This document shows, in pieces, positions 39,036 through 47,716 of a stretch of 64,000 bases of DNA (the stretch's first letter is position 1; each line of letters opens with the position of its first letter). The stretch is from an uncultured Candidatus Saccharibacteria bacterium (GTDB lineage: Bacteria; Patescibacteriota; Minisyncoccia; Phycocordibacterales; UBA12088). The stretch is from the NCBI GenBank assembly GCA_964562615.1, contig CAZLUD010000001.1, positions 193,072-257,071 on the forward strand, read 5' to 3'. The notes beneath the pieces were generated by a model. That model was not told the DNA's origin. It worked only from the letters and a program-made list of their open reading frames with translations, and ran no database searches. A program made the translations under genes and the position numbers.

Positions 39036-40056
39036 ATTTTTTGTTGATATAATTAGAAACCGTTACAGCAATTTCCCTTTCCAGATCCGGTGATTCTTGA
39101 ACTTTTTCCCATTCGCCGTTTAAAGATTGCTTATAGTAAAATTTTGATTTTTCAATCGTGTATTGCCCCAAACAAAGGCATTGAAACTCAAACAAGAAGA
39201 ACTCGCCATCCTTATGTCCGATATCAAGAGACACAAATGGAGTATTAAGTTTCTTGTAAACAACCTCTGCATAATCAAGAAGCCCAATCGGAAGCTCTGC
39301 GTTAAAGTCTAAATTACCACTACCACTTGCGGTAAAGTTATTCTTTCTATTCTTACGAAATACTACATAGTACTTTTCTCCGTAAGCCAGTATTCTAAAG
39401 TCACCATCCAAGGCGCTGATAAAGTTCTGGACAATAAACTTCTTTCTATTATTAGACATTGGAGTAAATGGTTTCCCTGTCTTTATTTTTGAGAGAAACA
39501 GCTTTAAATTATCGAAGGTAAATGATCTTGATATCTTGTACGGCACAATCTTTTTATCCTGGTATATCTTAAGAAGACCGACATCTCGGCTTCTAGTGCC
39601 CGAACCAGGCTTTATAACAAAAATATCATTATCATTTGAATAACCAGACTGCACATATTCCTCATATGTACCAAATGATTTTGAATGAATGTTCTGTATC
39701 TCTCGTATTCCTAATACATCTCTCAACATCTCCATAAAAACCTTGTTGTGGTGAGCTCTAAAATATTCAAAATCTGGAATCAAGCGTGCTCCTTGTGTTT
39801 TCAATCCAAGTAAAATGTCTTCAATATAATCTTTGTAGGAAAGTCCCGGATCTTCTGACGATTGGTAGAGAACCCATTTGTTCTTGTAATCCTCTGCCCT
39901 CAAATCTATTTCGTAAAAGTGTTTTACAATCAGATTAAAACCATGGTCACAGAAATAATTTTTTAATTTATCGACATCAACAGAAGCACCTCTATATCTG
40001 GTAGAGAAGTAGAACTGATTTCTATAATCCAGAAGAATTATGATGTCACTATTCAT
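39007..40056 (-). CDS. ATP-grasp domain protein (RimK/TupA-like)
   Basis: Contains VIKPGSGTRSRDVGLL and FIVQNFISALDGDFRILAYGEKYYVVFRKNR, followed by FVSLDIGHKDGEFFLFEFQ. The start overlaps the asnB-like stop. Confidence 0.55.
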   Translation of the reverse strand: MNSDIIILLDYRNQFYFSTRYRGASVDVDKLKNYFCDHGFNLIVKHFYEIDLRAEDYKNKWVLYQSSEDPGLSYKDYIEDILLGLKTQGARLIPDFEYFRAHHNKVFMEMLRDVLGIREIQNIHSKSFGTYEEYVQSGYSNDNDIFVIKPGSGTRSRDVGLLKIYQDKKIVPYKISRSFTFDNLKLFLSKIKTGKPFTPMSNNRKKFIVQNFISALDGDFRILAYGEKYYVVFRKNRKNNFTASGSGNLDFNAELPIGLLDYAEVVYKKLNTPFVSLDIGHKDGEFFLFEFQCLCLGQYTIEKSKFYYKQSLNGEWEKVQESPDLEREIAVTVSNYINKKYVRNNRISR

Positions 40057-40651
40057 GTATTAGACCGCTCGTAATGGCGTTTTCAAGAAATTTCAAATCC
40101 CTTAGGATATTGAATCCCGTGTTATAAAAAGTGACTTTCCCATCCTTCAAATCTACCTCCTGCTTTCTGAAAATATCCAAGGCGGTTTTTACATCTACCC
40201 ATTTCGTATACATACCGATATTAGACTCATCATCAGTATATGACACCACCCCCTTCTCTCCTACAACAGCTGCAACATAACAAAAGTTGATGCAGTGTTT
40301 TTTATCTCTTGGCCTATAGTCATCAACAATCCCAACCTCGGACTTCAGCTCAACATTGCACCCCGTTTCCTCAAGACACTCTCTAATTACCCCTTGACCA
40401 ATATCTTCGCCATCATCTATACCTCCGCCAGGCAACTGGAGAAAATCATTTTGTTTATTACCAACTAATCCAATTTTCCTCTCACTGTCTACAATGATTG
40501 CTTTTCCAGTATTTCGATCTTCATACTCGATACTTGTATCTTCTGCCATCTCTGGAAAAACATCTTTTTGATATATGGTTGTAATTTTATTCATAAGTTT
40601 ATAAATTCTGTTGAATTTCAACATAATAGCGTATATATTTACAAAAATCAA
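40049..40651 (-). CDS. NUDIX hydrolase
   Basis: GGGIDDGEDIGQGVIRECLEETGCNV is a Nudix box (GX5EX7REUXEEXGU). Confidence 0.75.
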   Translation of the reverse strand: MIFVNIYAIMLKFNRIYKLMNKITTIYQKDVFPEMAEDTSIEYEDRNTGKAIIVDSERKIGLVGNKQNDFLQLPGGGIDDGEDIGQGVIRECLEETGCNVELKSEVGIVDDYRPRDKKHCINFCYVAAVVGEKGVVSYTDDESNIGMYTKWVDVKTALDIFRKQEVDLKDGKVTFYNTGFNILRDLKFLENAITSGLIHE

Positions 40652-40696
40652 AAAGTGATGTATTCTCTTTTCTGACCAAAAACGAAGGAAGCTCTA

Positions 40697-41365
40697 ATGA
40701 ATCCGCAAAAGATCATTGTAATGCGGCACGCAGAGTCACAGGAGGACGTCGACAAGACAGTATATGCCCACACAGCAGACTTGGACGTCGCCCTGAGTCA
40801 GAGAGGAGAAAAACAATCCATCGACGTTAGCCACACACTATCCAATATTCTTGGAAAAGGGAGTGTCCATTTCTACATATCTCCGGGACTGAGATTGCGT
40901 CAGACCTATAATCTGATGACGTCTCGCTTTCCTGAATACTTGCACCACAGCTTTTCTGTGGAGACACTTATCCTCAAACAATACTGGGGTGATGTGACTG
41001 TCGAGAATCGCCGCGAAATTGAAATCGCCCGATACAAGGAAGGTGTCCTGGTCTACCGTTTTCCAAACGGTGAAAGCGGTCCACAGCTCGTGGAACGTTT
41101 CAGACTCTTTGCAAGCAACCTTCGTGGTGAATTTGCAAAGAAGGACTTTCCGGAAAATATCGTGGTCCTCACACACGGGTTTGAAATGAGAGTCTTTCTC
41201 ATGGTTTGGTTTGGCTGGAGTGTAGAATACTTCGAAAGTTTGGCCAACCCGAGAAACTGTGAGATGATCACGCTTCATCTCAAACCTGATGGATCCTACT
41301 CAACGGATCGAGAAATGAGGATTTACGATCCATCGGGCAATCCAGCTCACGTGGCCAGAAAATAA
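40697..41365 (+). CDS. Histidine phosphatase superfamily (phosphoglycerate-mutase-like) protein
   Basis: The RHG motif sits in IIVMRHAESQED. This is the only plus-strand gene in the region. Confidence 0.7.
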   Translation: MNPQKIIVMRHAESQEDVDKTVYAHTADLDVALSQRGEKQSIDVSHTLSNILGKGSVHFYISPGLRLRQTYNLMTSRFPEYLHHSFSVETLILKQYWGDVTVENRREIEIARYKEGVLVYRFPNGESGPQLVERFRLFASNLRGEFAKKDFPENIVVLTHGFEMRVFLMVWFGWSVEYFESLANPRNCEMITLHLKPDGSYSTDREMRIYDPSGNPAHVARK

Positions 41366-41368
41366 GAT

Positions 41369-41412
41369 CAACCGGATGGGAGGTAGTTTGCCTCCCATCC
41401 GGTTAATTTTTA
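41369..41412 (+). terminator. Rho-independent terminator
   Basis: The sequence aaccggatgggagg-tagtttg-cctcccatccggtt is a 14-bp stem followed by aatttttat. Confidence 0.65.
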
Positions 41413-41617
41413 TAATAACAAAATGAATAACATGAAAAATACAAAACATTTTATTTTAATATTTTTCCTTTACTCGACCCAACCTGGATCTCGAACTAAA
41501 GCCGTGGCTTAAAATATAGAAACTAAATTTAACCAGTCAAGGATGCTTTTTCGAATTTTCCAAATGATACTTATTCTTCCTCACGTGTCGCGATCGCTAG
41601 GTACTAAAAACTAAGCT

Positions 41618-41688
41618 GCTGCCGGACTTGGACTCGAACCAAGATACACGCCTCCAGAGGGCGTAGTCCTACCATTAGACGATCCGGC
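41618..41688 (-). tRNA. tRNA-Gln (anticodon CUG)
   Basis: Reverse complement UGCCGGA...CUCUGGA...CUUGGUUCGAGUCCAAG UCCGGCA G. U1:A72 with G73 is typical of bacterial tRNA-Gln. The anticodon loop is cuCUGga. CCA is not encoded. Confidence 0.8.
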
Positions 41689-41795
41689 AAGGATACAATG
41701 CAAGCAGTTTTAGCTAGCACTATGCGCTATTTGCGCACATGGACTATAGCATATTGCTCATGTGGTCGCATCCCTTATTAAGGGGCGTGCACGCC

Positions 41796-42323
41796 CTAAA
41801 AAAGGAAGTGGTATACAAATGACACAATGGCGTCTGCCTCGGGTCCACGAGTTATTGCAGCGCCGAGCGCGCCAGTTATCACAAGGGATATAAGCCCAAT
41901 AGCAGCTACCACAGGAGCAAACCACCCATCCGTCATGTGGAGCGCGAGGGCATACTTGATATCGTATATCTTTTTGAACAATAGCCACTTGCTTATCACA
42001 AACAACTTGAATGCCGTACCATGCGAAAGTCGTAGCGCGTAGGCAGTAGCAAGGAGTGCAAATATAAGAAAGGTAATGATAGCAAACGCCTCATGTGTTT
42101 CTGTTACCTCGTGGATGATTTCTTCGCCCCCAAGCATTGACTCGGCATACATACCAAAGAGAATAGTGGGAAGTGCAGTGATTGCACCAAGAATGACCAG
42201 TACCCCTTTTATGAGGACAAGCTTTTCGTTTCTTCTAAAAAAGATATAGCTAGCGCACTCTATGAGTGCATACAGCGAGAGAAGTGCTATAGGAAAGTGA
42301 ACAAACAGTGGGTGCAAATTCAT
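41796..42323 (-). CDS. DUF2231-like integral membrane protein
   Basis: N-terminus MNLHPLFVHFPIALLSL is the family signature. Four TM helices. Confidence 0.55.
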   Translation of the reverse strand: MNLHPLFVHFPIALLSLYALIECASYIFFRRNEKLVLIKGVLVILGAITALPTILFGMYAESMLGGEEIIHEVTETHEAFAIITFLIFALLATAYALRLSHGTAFKLFVISKWLLFKKIYDIKYALALHMTDGWFAPVVAAIGLISLVITGALGAAITRGPEADAIVSFVYHFLF

Positions 42324-42330
42324 ACAAATA

Positions 42331-44013
42331 TTATATATCCTTTCTTGCTTTTGCTGCTTTGATAAAGGCAGTAAAGAGGGGGTGCGGAGAAAGGGGGCGA
42401 GCTAAAAATTCGGGATGAAATTGTGTGCCAAGCATGAAGGGGTGCTCGTCTTTTGATAGCTCGGTTATTTCCATAAGGCGATTGTCGGGTGAGGTGCCTG
42501 AGAAAATAAGTCCTGCTTGTTCTAGTCGTTCTATATATTCTGGGTTTACCTCGTACCTATGGCGATGTCGCTCTATCACAACATCCGCTCCGTAGGCAGC
42601 GCGAGCAATGGTGCCCTTCTTCAATACCGCCTTATACTCACCAAGACGCATTGAGCCACCGTACTGCTTGTTTTCAATTTTCTCTTTTTGGTCTGGCATG
42701 ACATCAATTACCAAATCTCCTGCATTTGGTTTTATCTCTTTTGTGTGTGCGCCGGGGATACCCGCCATGTGTCGTGCGTACTCGATAACCATAAGCTGCA
42801 TGCCGTAGCAAAGCCCGAAGTATGGGATTTTGTTTTTTCGCACATACTCGATAACGTTAATTTTTCCTTCTATACCAGTTTCGCCAAACCCCCCTGGGAC
42901 GAGTACCCCATCATAATTATCAAGGACAAACAATCCTTTGCCATCTTCAAAGTCTTGTGCAGAGATGTAGTCAATTTTTGGATAGACTCCTTGGTAGTAT
43001 GAGGAGTACTTAATTGCCTCAAGTACAGATATATACACATCAGAAAGTATAAAATCACCAGAACCAAAGTACTTCCCTACAACCGCTATCTTTATCTCTC
43101 GAGTTGCGTTTTTCTTTTTGGTGGCAAATGATCGCCACTTGGTAAGGTCTGCCTTATGTGAGCAATCAAGCGAGAGTAATTCGCAAAGATGATGGGTAAG
43201 CTGATCCTTTTCAAAGTTGAGTGGTACATCATATACACTTGCTACATCTGGCGCTGAAATAACATGCTCTTCGCGCACATTGCAAAAGGTGGCAATTTTT
43301 TCCTTTCTTTTTTTGTCGATGGCTACAGGCGCGCGAGCGATAATGATATCCGCAAACACCCCAGCGCTATTGAGCTCGCGCGCGGCGTGTTGGGTTGGCT
43401 TTGTCTTCATCTCACCTATTGAGCCTGGTACCGGTAGGTACGATACAAGCACCGTGCCAACGTTACGCGGTTCACGAATTTTTAACAGACGTATTGCTTC
43501 CAAAAAAAGAATATTTTCGTACTCACCTACGGTGCCGCCAATCTCTATAATCACCACATCAGCATGAGCTGCTTCCCCTGCCTTTTTTATTCGTGCGATT
43601 ACCTCGTTGGGTATATCTGGTACCACCTGCACGTTTTTTCCTTTGTATTCAAGATTTCGCTCCTTTTCAATTACGGCTTGATACACACTGCCAGTAGTCA
43701 TGTAGTTAAGACTAGGGATTGAGGTGTTGAGAAAACGCTCATAGTTGCCCATGTCTTGATCGGTTTCAAGTCCGTCATTGAGTACAAACACTTCACCATG
43801 CTCGGTTGGGTTCATGGTACCTGCGTCTACATTGATGTACGGGTCTATCTTCATCGCGGTCACTCGTAGTCCACGTGACTGCAATAGCATCGCAATAGAT
43901 GAGGAGGTGATACCTTTACCCACCCCACTCATTACCCCACCGACTACAAAGAGGTACTTTGTGGGAGTTTTTTTAGAGGACGATCGTGAAGTTCGGGCAG
44001 ACGGCGCTTTCAT
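42331..44013 (-). CDS. pyrG: CTP synthase
   Basis: N-terminal synthetase domain VGGVMSGVGKGITSSSIAMLL. The C-terminal glutamine amidotransferase has GLCYGMQ (catalytic Cys). Confidence 0.9.
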   Translation of the reverse strand: MKAPSARTSRSSSKKTPTKYLFVVGGVMSGVGKGITSSSIAMLLQSRGLRVTAMKIDPYINVDAGTMNPTEHGEVFVLNDGLETDQDMGNYERFLNTSIPSLNYMTTGSVYQAVIEKERNLEYKGKNVQVVPDIPNEVIARIKKAGEAAHADVVIIEIGGTVGEYENILFLEAIRLLKIREPRNVGTVLVSYLPVPGSIGEMKTKPTQHAARELNSAGVFADIIIARAPVAIDKKRKEKIATFCNVREEHVISAPDVASVYDVPLNFEKDQLTHHLCELLSLDCSHKADLTKWRSFATKKKNATREIKIAVVGKYFGSGDFILSDVYISVLEAIKYSSYYQGVYPKIDYISAQDFEDGKGLFVLDNYDGVLVPGGFGETGIEGKINVIEYVRKNKIPYFGLCYGMQLMVIEYARHMAGIPGAHTKEIKPNAGDLVIDVMPDQKEKIENKQYGGSMRLGEYKAVLKKGTIARAAYGADVVIERHRHRYEVNPEYIERLEQAGLIFSGTSPDNRLMEITELSKDEHPFMLGTQFHPEFLARPLSPHPLFTAFIKAAKARKDI

Positions 44014-44018
44014 AACGA

Positions 44019-44951
44019 TCAGACATTGAGGTAACGCTTCACTGCCAAGTAGCTAGAGACGGCACCAAGCATAATGCCTGCACCCACTAGGATGAGGAAC
44101 AAGACACCAAAATTGTGCGTGTAGTACTGGAAGAGGTCGATGCTCGAGTCAAAATATTCGCGAGTCTTTGGACCAAGCGCGAGCGCGATTGGATAAAAGA
44201 GAATGAGGGTAAGGAGTCCGGCAAAACCGCCATACATAATACCCTGAAAGACAAACGGCCCACGGATATATTGATTGGATGCACCTACAAGGCGCATCAC
44301 GGTAATTTCATCTCGTGCGGTGTATATCGCCAAGCGAATGGTGGTAAAGGTAATAAGGATAGAAGCAATAACCAACACCACCGTTACGGCAAGTCCTAGT
44401 GCCTCAGCGCTCTTGATGATGTCAGAGAGACGATCAATAGCGACTTTGTTTTTGAAATAATTTACTTCATCAATAATCGGCGTACCATCTTTTGATAGCG
44501 CGTTAGTATCATCAGAAAGAAATTCGGCAATACCCTCATATTGAGATGGTTCTTTTGCCTTTATAGAAAGAGCAGCCCCAAGTGGGTTGTCACCAAGCTC
44601 TTCAAGGGCTTGGAGCATGAGTTGATCGTTTGCGTGACGCTCCTTAAAGCGCGCGAGCGCATCCTCGCTTGAGATGTACTCTACCCGTTCTACTTGTGGC
44701 AAGCCCTCTATCTGGCGCTGAATGGTTTGTATTTCTTCTGTTGATGCGTTAACCGTAAAGTATACGTTTATATCTACCTTATCTCTGAATATCTGGAGCG
44801 CCGTGCTGAGCATGGCGTTAACAAAAATAAGTGAGCCAATCACAAACAACGTAACGGTCATCACCAAAATTGCTGCAAGAGACACAAAGCTGTTACGCCA
44901 AAAGCCCACAAAGCCTGCCTGTATTATTCTTTTAGTGTTTATCCAAAGCAT
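44019..44951 (-). CDS. ftsX: Cell-division ABC transporter permease FtsX
   Basis: FtsX topology (TM1, a large extracytoplasmic domain, three C-terminal TM helices). Immediately downstream of ftsE. Confidence 0.8.
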   Translation of the reverse strand: MLWINTKRIIQAGFVGFWRNSFVSLAAILVMTVTLFVIGSLIFVNAMLSTALQIFRDKVDINVYFTVNASTEEIQTIQRQIEGLPQVERVEYISSEDALARFKERHANDQLMLQALEELGDNPLGAALSIKAKEPSQYEGIAEFLSDDTNALSKDGTPIIDEVNYFKNKVAIDRLSDIIKSAEALGLAVTVVLVIASILITFTTIRLAIYTARDEITVMRLVGASNQYIRGPFVFQGIMYGGFAGLLTLILFYPIALALGPKTREYFDSSIDLFQYYTHNFGVLFLILVGAGIMLGAVSSYLAVKRYLNV

Positions 44952-44956
44952 GTTTG

Positions 44957-45685
44957 TTATAGAGAATACTTTCCTTCTTTATCATCACGTACCACTCTAC
45001 CATTATCCATAGTGATGACTCTGCGACGTATCGAGTCTACCACGCCTTTGTTGTGGGTGGTAAGAAACACGGTGGTGCCAAGGTCATTTATCTTTTTGAG
45101 AATCTGCACTACTTCGTAGGTATTGATGGGGTCAAGGTTACCGGTTGGTTCATCGGCAATAATCATCTCTGGTTGGTTTACTATCGCACGAGCAATGGCA
45201 ACCCGCTGCTTCTCTCCCCCTGAAAGCTCGTGAGGAAAATTCCACATCTTGTCACCAAGATCAACAAGATCAAGCACGTGTGGCACATCCGCGGCAATCT
45301 CTTCGTCTTCTCTCCCTGCTGCCTCCATCGCAAATGCGATATTTTCAAACGCGGTCTTATTAGGAAGCAATCTAAAATCTTGAAATACAGTTCCTACCTT
45401 TCTGCGATATTCGTTAAGAGATTTTCGTGGAATCTGATGAATATCAACTGAATGAAAAAACACCCTTCCGTCCGTTGGTGCGTCTTCTGCCAACAACATC
45501 TTAAGTAGTGTGGTTTTGCCCGCACCAGAGTGACCGACTACTGATACAAATTCGCCCGGCTCAATGGAGAGTGAGACGTTATCAAGTGCCACAGAATTAT
45601 CATTGTATATTTTTGAAACTCGGTCGAAATATATCATGGGTAAATTGGCAATTGGTGTACATCCCCTTAGTAGAGTATGCAACAA
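44957..45685 (-). CDS. ftsE: Cell-division ABC transporter ATP-binding protein FtsE
   Basis: Walker [18 protein letters not shown] signature [14 protein letters not shown], Walker [12 protein letters not shown]. Confidence 0.85.
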   Translation of the reverse strand: MLHTLLRGCTPIANLPMIYFDRVSKIYNDNSVALDNVSLSIEPGEFVSVVGHSGAGKTTLLKMLLAEDAPTDGRVFFHSVDIHQIPRKSLNEYRRKVGTVFQDFRLLPNKTAFENIAFAMEAAGREDEEIAADVPHVLDLVDLGDKMWNFPHELSGGEKQRVAIARAIVNQPEMIIADEPTGNLDPINTYEVVQILKKINDLGTTVFLTTHNKGVVDSIRRRVITMDNGRVVRDDKEGKYSL

Positions 45686-45687
45686 TT

Positions 45688-46578
45688 TTACCCCACATGT
45701 GACATGCCGTCTATAAACAACTGTATATCACCTTCTTCAAGGACACTGTCAACATTGCCGGTTTCTATAGAAGTACGATGATCTTTTACCAATTGATATG
45801 GATGCAGTACGTAGGATCGTATCTGACTACCCCACTCTATCTTGCCCACGTCTGTAGAAAGCTCGGCAATAGTCTCTTTTCTTTCTCGCTCCATAAGCGT
45901 AAATAGTTTTGCCGCAATCATGGCGAGCGCCTTTTCTTTATTGGCATTTTGATATCGCTCACCGTCCACATGAGCAGATACGCCGGTTGGAATATGCACT
46001 ACTCTTACTGCAGTCTCGCGCTTGTTTACATTTTGCCCTCCGGGGCCAGAAGATTTGGTATAAGAAATATCTAAATCAGACTCTGGTATATCCATCGCGC
46101 CGGTTTTTTCTATTACCGGCAATACCTCTACCAGCACAAAAGATGTTTGACGCTTTCCGCCGGCATTAAACGGCGATATGCGCACAAGGCGGTGTACACC
46201 GTATTCATGCTTAAGCTCTCCATAGGCACCCTTTCCAGATACCTCAATAGAAAGATTTCGATACCCGCCATGATCATTTTCATGCAGATGAAGCACGTGC
46301 ACATTCCAGTTTTTCTTCATGCAAAATTTTTGATACATGCGAAGCAGCATGCCAGCAAAATCCTCTGCATCATCTCCTCCCGCACCAGCATACAAAGAAA
46401 GTATCGCTCCGCCTTTATCATATTTACCCACTCCCTCGCGCGCATCTTTAAGCTCTTCGTATTCTTTCATGAGTGCCTGCGCGCGCTTTGGATCATTCCA
46501 AAAATCACTCGCATACATTGCGGACTCGATTTCTTTAATACGAATCTCTATCGCTTCTTTATTCATGAGTATATACAC
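45688..46578 (-). CDS. prfB: Peptide chain release factor 2 (short N-terminus, no programmed frameshift evident)
   Basis: SPF tripeptide RISPFNAGG and GGQ motif SGPGGQNVNK. The ORF starts 28 nt from the tRNA-Thr 3' end, so no upstream frameshift segment is possible. Confidence 0.85.
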   Translation of the reverse strand: MYILMNKEAIEIRIKEIESAMYASDFWNDPKRAQALMKEYEELKDAREGVGKYDKGGAILSLYAGAGGDDAEDFAGMLLRMYQKFCMKKNWNVHVLHLHENDHGGYRNLSIEVSGKGAYGELKHEYGVHRLVRISPFNAGGKRQTSFVLVEVLPVIEKTGAMDIPESDLDISYTKSSGPGGQNVNKRETAVRVVHIPTGVSAHVDGERYQNANKEKALAMIAAKLFTLMERERKETIAELSTDVGKIEWGSQIRSYVLHPYQLVKDHRTSIETGNVDSVLEEGDIQLFIDGMSHVG

Positions 46579-46605
46579 AGTACCACATCAGCATAGTGGC
46601 AAATG

Positions 46606-46678
46606 AGCCACCTCCCAGAATCGAACTGGGGACCTACGCGTTACGAATGCGTTGCTCTACCGACTGAGCTAAGGTGGC
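46606..46678 (-). tRNA. tRNA-Thr (anticodon CGU)
   Basis: Reverse complement GCCACCU UA GCUCAGUCGGUAGAGC A ACGCA uuCGUaa CGCGU AGGUC CCCAG UUCGAUU CUGGG AGGUGGC U. The cloverleaf is complete. Confidence 0.8.
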
Positions 46679-46689
46679 GCCCTGCAATG

Positions 46690-47289
46690 CTACGCCATAT
46701 CACGTAATTTTTCAATTTCACCAAGTAAGTGGTTCCTCAATCTTGAGTTGAGAAAATATACAGTAAGAACGCCATTCTGTGATTTATTTCTATACGTTCC
46801 CTTTTTATTTGATTTAGAAACTATTGTCTTATAAAACTGAGTCTTGGAAACATTAAGTTTATTTCTCCAAAATGCTTCTACTTGTGAGACTACCACATCA
46901 TTATGAACTTGAAGTGAAAATCGTAAGTCCCTTCGATTAATTACATATCTTTTTTCCAGAAAGTGGATGAAGCAATTTAAAAGATCTGGGTCACTATTAC
47001 CAAGCCTAATTTCACTTTTGTTCTTTTTATTTCCTTCCCCCCAGTACAAGCCTAACCCCAACCCAAGTAATAATATTTCTTTTTTATTTAATGGTGTAGT
47101 AACTGAAAATGGATTACCGTTAGGATTTTTCTTGGAATAAACTGCTTCTGAAATACTCCTTTTTGTTATTCCGTTCTTTTTCAACCAATAATTTACCTTA
47201 GATATTGAACAGCCAAGTATTGTAGCAATCTCTGAGGCTGATTTCTTTTCAAAAGAATATTGTTTGATCAACACAAATTTTGCGATCAT
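46690..47289 (-). CDS. LAGLIDADG-like homing-endonuclease-like protein with N-terminal HTH
   Basis: HTH-like SASEIATILGCSISKVNYWLKKNGI. LAGLIDADG-like block LLLGLGLGLYWGEGNKKN, followed by LLNCFIHFLEKRYVI. AT-rich. Lies between two tRNA-Thr genes, 58 nt downstream of the intron-containing one. The assignment is from motif reading only. Confidence 0.4.
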   Translation of the reverse strand: MIAKFVLIKQYSFEKKSASEIATILGCSISKVNYWLKKNGITKRSISEAVYSKKNPNGNPFSVTTPLNKKEILLLGLGLGLYWGEGNKKNKSEIRLGNSDPDLLNCFIHFLEKRYVINRRDLRFSLQVHNDVVVSQVEAFWRNKLNVSKTQFYKTIVSKSNKKGTYRNKSQNGVLTVYFLNSRLRNHLLGEIEKLRDMA

Positions 47290-47347
47290 ACACTAAGTAT
47301 AAATCGCCGTTGTTATTTGTTTAATGGCAAATGTCACCACTACATTG

Positions 47348-47624
47348 AGCCGATGTCCGGGATTGAACCGGAGACCTCCCCCTTCGTGTACACCTCATTT
47401 TCTTCCCTTTGCTTTATATGAGGACTAGACTGTATCTTTCGCATATTTTACTACATGAGCAAAACGTAGCGACCCTTGTCAGTCGTTCGGGCCTTTAAAA
47501 ATAGGCCACGGTCTGGACCAGTGCTGGCCTTTAACCGTAATTCAGGTTCAACTAGTAGTTTCCTACGTAGCGGGCAATCACACGGATTACCATGGGGGTG
47601 CTCTACCAACTGAGCTACATCGGC
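47348..47624 (-). tRNA. tRNA-Thr (anticodon GGU by my reading) interrupted by a 204-nt group I intron in the anticodon loop
   Basis: Exon 1 (47589..47624) reads GCCGAUG UA GCUC AGUUGGUA GAGC A CCCCC AUGGU. Exon 2 (47348..47384) reads AA GGGGG AGGUC UCCGG UUCAAUC CCGGA CAUCGGC U. Joined exons give a perfect 73-nt cloverleaf with a 7-bp acceptor, D, anticodon and T arms. Confidence 0.6.
47385..47588 (-). ncRNA. Group I (self-splicing-type) intron inserted after anticodon nt 36 of tRNA-Thr(GGU)
   Basis: Exon nt -1 is U and the intron's last nt is G. IGS GAUUGCC (intron nt 10-16) pairs with exon GGU plus intron AAUC to form P1 with U•G at the splice site. P2 is GUAG-GAAA-CUAC. P7 is GACUG/CAGUC within an S-like element AAGAUACAGUCUAGUCC. 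P8 is CUAC...GUAG. P9 is CCUCAU/AUGAGG just before the 3' G. Structure was assigned manually. Confidence 0.55.
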
Positions 47625-47716
47625 ACGTACCGTATATTTAGTACGGCCTAGAGCGCATGGTATCTAAAAAAAGAGAAGAATGCAAAGTCTAATACTCTAT
47701 AGTAGAGTAACCAGAT

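Noticed and set aside
41460-41505. Weak similarity to a tRNA T-arm (…gttcgagatccagg…) downstream of tRNA-Gln
   Set aside because: It is too degenerate to call. There is no pairing acceptor or T-stem. It may be an old fragment, but it is not supportable.
45688-46606. Programmed +1 frameshift in prfB
   Set aside because: The ORF begins immediately after a tRNA gene and has no upstream in-frame or +1 segment. The protein is just N-terminally short.
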